Below, piece after piece: positions 61,538-64,000 of a DNA stretch of 64,000 nt. Both the position numbers and the translations under genes were made by a program. The first letter of the stretch is position 1, and the number at the start of each line of letters is the position of its first letter. Below the pieces are notes generated by a model that was not told the DNA's origin, did not search any database, and saw nothing but the letters and a program-made list of their open reading frames with translations. Source of the DNA: Bacteroidales bacterium (lineage in GTDB: Bacteria; Bacteroidota; Bacteroidia; Bacteroidales; WCHB1-69). Location: assembly GCA_045132235.1 (NCBI GenBank), contig JBGURX010000026.1:18175-82174 (forward strand), given 5' to 3'.

Positions 61538-62330
61538 ATGGATAAGAAATATAAATGAAAGCACAAGAAGACTATATTTGTCCGTCCAAAACAAGTGTGG
61601 CAAACTTTCTGATATGGTAGATTAGACAACGATGAGAAAAAGACAACTCTATCACCAATTAGATGGAAAGATTCAAGAACCCATAGATGCATTCTATGAG
61701 TATAGCATATCAAAGTTATGTCCTTATCATGGAGGGAGAAGTCTTTTCAACTGGTTACATGTGATGTTTCAATTGGAATTGATTATATGTACAGTACTAT
61801 CTTTGATATGGATTTTCAAGGAAATCTTGTAAAAATGAAAAAAACACATATCACTATTTCCACCTAAATTTTATGATAAAACCCTCTGAAAATTTGGACG
61901 ATTAAAAATATTTAGCTATAAAAACAGTTCCCAGCATTGGCCAATCATCACATATGGCATTATTAACCAAGAAAGAGAAAGTTTAAACTCTTCTATTAAC
62001 AGAACACCTACATATAAGATTGACAATGTGCCTCAGTTAAGATATGTTACAGAAAAAAATCCCCATGGGTTTGATGGTTTATGAGGCATTAACTAAAATG
62101 CTTGACAAAGACTGTTCAGTCTGCACTGAAATCATTGACATGCATAATATAAGGTTTAATGAAGATATTCGAGTTAAAGTCTCCAATTTAGTAGGTTTGA
62201 TGCAGAACACATGAAGAATTTCCTGTTTAGAAAGTTGTGGAAAATGATTAAGAACATTTGGGAAAATATTGGAGAGTTCAGCTTGTATTTGTTTTGGACT
62301 CATTGGATGTATTTGATTTGTAATGAATGA
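61538..62330 (+). pseudogene. decayed AT-rich gene (multiple frameshifts and stops)
   Basis: Successive protein-like plus-strand fragments in different frames, leading up to the phosphoesterase start. Confidence 0.4.
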
Positions 62331-62339
62331 CACGCTCGT

Positions 62340-63770
62340 ATGAAAAAACACTTCACAATCTTACACATTTCCGACTTACATAAGCCAAAGAATTGTAACC
62401 TTAAAAATCTGTTTTATTCTCTACAGACTGATTGTGAGGCTTATACAAAAGATGGCCTATCCAAACCGGAAATAGTAGTAATCAGCGGTGATATTGCCGA
62501 AGGATCAAAAGATGTTGGCTTCAAAGCCAAAGCCTCTATCAAATCCCAATATGCAGAAGCAAAAGTGTTCTTGGAAAAACTAACGGATTATTTTTTAGAT
62601 GGCGACCGAAGCAGGTTAGTGATGGTGCCTGGCAATCATGATTATTGCTATAAGGATTCTAAAGAAAGCATGACACTTTCACCGGAGATAAATGCTAAAG
62701 ACGACTTTAATAGATTTAAAACAGCAGACCCTGAGGTAAGATGGAATTGGGAGGATAAACATTTCTATCATATTACTAACAATGTACCTTATGAGGCTAG
62801 GTTCGATTTGTTCAAGGAATTTTATAATGACTTTTATGCTGGAATAAGAAAGCTGCCGGTGGATTTGGATAGGAATTCATATATCGTTGAGTTAAACAAT
62901 TATCAGATTGCCTTTATATGTTTCAATAGTTGTCACCGTCTTGACCATCTTAACCCGATGGGATGTATTTGCCCTGATGCTATCGCTCAAGTTCATCCTA
63001 AATTGGTTAACCTAAAAAATATGGGATTCTTGTTGGTGGGAGTTTGGCATCATCATGTCTCAGGGTTACCTGTAGAGAACAACTACATGGACCATCGCAT
63101 ATTGGATGCGATGATGAGAGAGGATATCAAAATGGGGATGTTTGGCCATCAGCATGTCAGTACGGCCATCCAAGAGTATAGTGACATAACCTCGAAACGA
63201 AGCATTTTGTTGATTAGCAGCGGTAGCCTTTATGGCAATCGACATCAGTTGGTGACAGGTGTGCCACGGCAATACAATGTTGTCGGAGTTGAGTTCGACA
63301 ACGAAGAGGTGACAGTACAATTAAATGTTAGAAAAGATAATAGCCAGTATGGTTATGACATCCCCCAATGGATGCAATCGCCCATCGGAATAAAGAACCT
63401 TCCCAACTACGAGCATAAGCTACGCATAGAAAAGCCAAAGATTGAGTATGTTGTTGAAGATATTGAGAAGATGGTAATGAACACCCAAAACTATGATTTG
63501 GCTTGTGTGCGGCTGAAAGGAACGGGGTTGGATAACGAACTGGTGCTGAAATATTTCGACAATTACATATCTAAGGTAAATGACAAAGCATTACTTAAGA
63601 AGCTTATCATTGAGCCAAGGACTTCTGTTCAATATTTGACAGCACTTGATACGGCTGTTTCAAATAAAGACAAGGAATGGACATTGGCGTTATTGAAACT
63701 TGTTGAGTTTCAAACAAATACTTCTCCTTATGTGAAAGAATTGTTGAAACAAGCCAAAAAACTTATTTGA
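62340..63770 (+). CDS. calcineurin-like metallophosphoesterase with C-terminal helical extension
   Basis: HISDLH, SGDI, PGNHD, WHHH, FGHQH; AT-rich. Confidence 0.9.
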   Translation: MKKHFTILHISDLHKPKNCNLKNLFYSLQTDCEAYTKDGLSKPEIVVISGDIAEGSKDVGFKAKASIKSQYAEAKVFLEKLTDYFLDGDRSRLVMVPGNHDYCYKDSKESMTLSPEINAKDDFNRFKTADPEVRWNWEDKHFYHITNNVPYEARFDLFKEFYNDFYAGIRKLPVDLDRNSYIVELNNYQIAFICFNSCHRLDHLNPMGCICPDAIAQVHPKLVNLKNMGFLLVGVWHHHVSGLPVENNYMDHRILDAMMREDIKMGMFGHQHVSTAIQEYSDITSKRSILLISSGSLYGNRHQLVTGVPRQYNVVGVEFDNEEVTVQLNVRKDNSQYGYDIPQWMQSPIGIKNLPNYEHKLRIEKPKIEYVVEDIEKMVMNTQNYDLACVRLKGTGLDNELVLKYFDNYISKVNDKALLKKLIIEPRTSVQYLTALDTAVSNKDKEWTLALLKLVEFQTNTSPYVKELLKQAKKLI

Positions 63771-63771
63771 T

Positions 63772-64000
63772 ATGGAAGAGAATTCAAAATTCAAGATACA
63801 ACTCGACAGGGTGCTTGAGGTGCTGTGTAGTCAGATTTACGACTCGCCTCTGGCCTTGCTGCGTGAAAATGTCCAGAATGCATACGATGCCATTCTGATG
63901 CGACAGTATGTTGACAAGTCGGATACGTATAAGCCACAGATAATAATAACAATCGATGCCAATCAGCTATCTATTAGCGACAACGGAATAGGAATGAATT
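63772..64000 (+). CDS. HSP90-like GHKL ATPase, 5' part (truncated by the window; absent from the ORF track)
   Basis: MEENSKFKIQLDRVLEVLCSQIYDSPLALLRENVQNAYDA...ISDNGIGM; starts 1 nt after the phosphoesterase stop. Confidence 0.88.
   Translation, partial: MEENSKFKIQLDRVLEVLCSQIYDSPLALLRENVQNAYDAILMRQYVDKSDTYKPQIIITIDANQLSISDNGIGMN

Noticed and set aside
61538-62330. Stop-codon recoding or selenocysteine readthrough
   Set aside because: Interruptions mix TGA, TAG, TAA and frame changes, which fits decay

Overview
64 kb of a Bacteroidales (Bacteroidota) chromosome, judged from TAnnTTTG promoters, T9SS C-terminal domains, SusB-type GH97, UpxY and the DUF4271-hemD-rnpA-yidD-S41 cluster. Coding DNA is GC-rich with AT-rich inserts. 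Housekeeping blocks: hutU end/arcC/tRNA-Lys; PPIase-lepB-yfcC; arcA/radC/DUF58; rsmE/htpG/S41/rnpA/tRNA-Leu. Two accessory zones: (i) ~6-20 kb, a patchwork of single-gene modules including a REP-associated tyrosine transposase (RAYT), hipBA, an AAA-DUF4143 ATPase and a three-gene run (methylpurine-glycosylase-like protein, pentein deiminase, Sel1 protein); (ii) 58.5-64 kb, where UpxY heads an AAA/PD-(D/E)XK gene bracketed by heptamer+REP direct repeats, an HTH remnant, a decayed ORF and an AT-rich calcineurin-like phosphoesterase coupled to a second HSP90-type GHKL ATPase (cut by the window edge). GTA(G/A)-type REP palindromes are dispersed through the window. Some lie in frame inside genes (GH97, the RAYT itself) and three overlap stop codons. 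Best candidates for undescribed systems: phosphoesterase+HSP90-like pair, glycosylase-like+deiminase+Sel1 operon, and REP-bounded cassettes behind UpxY. Family calls come from motif recognition by eye; no searches were run.
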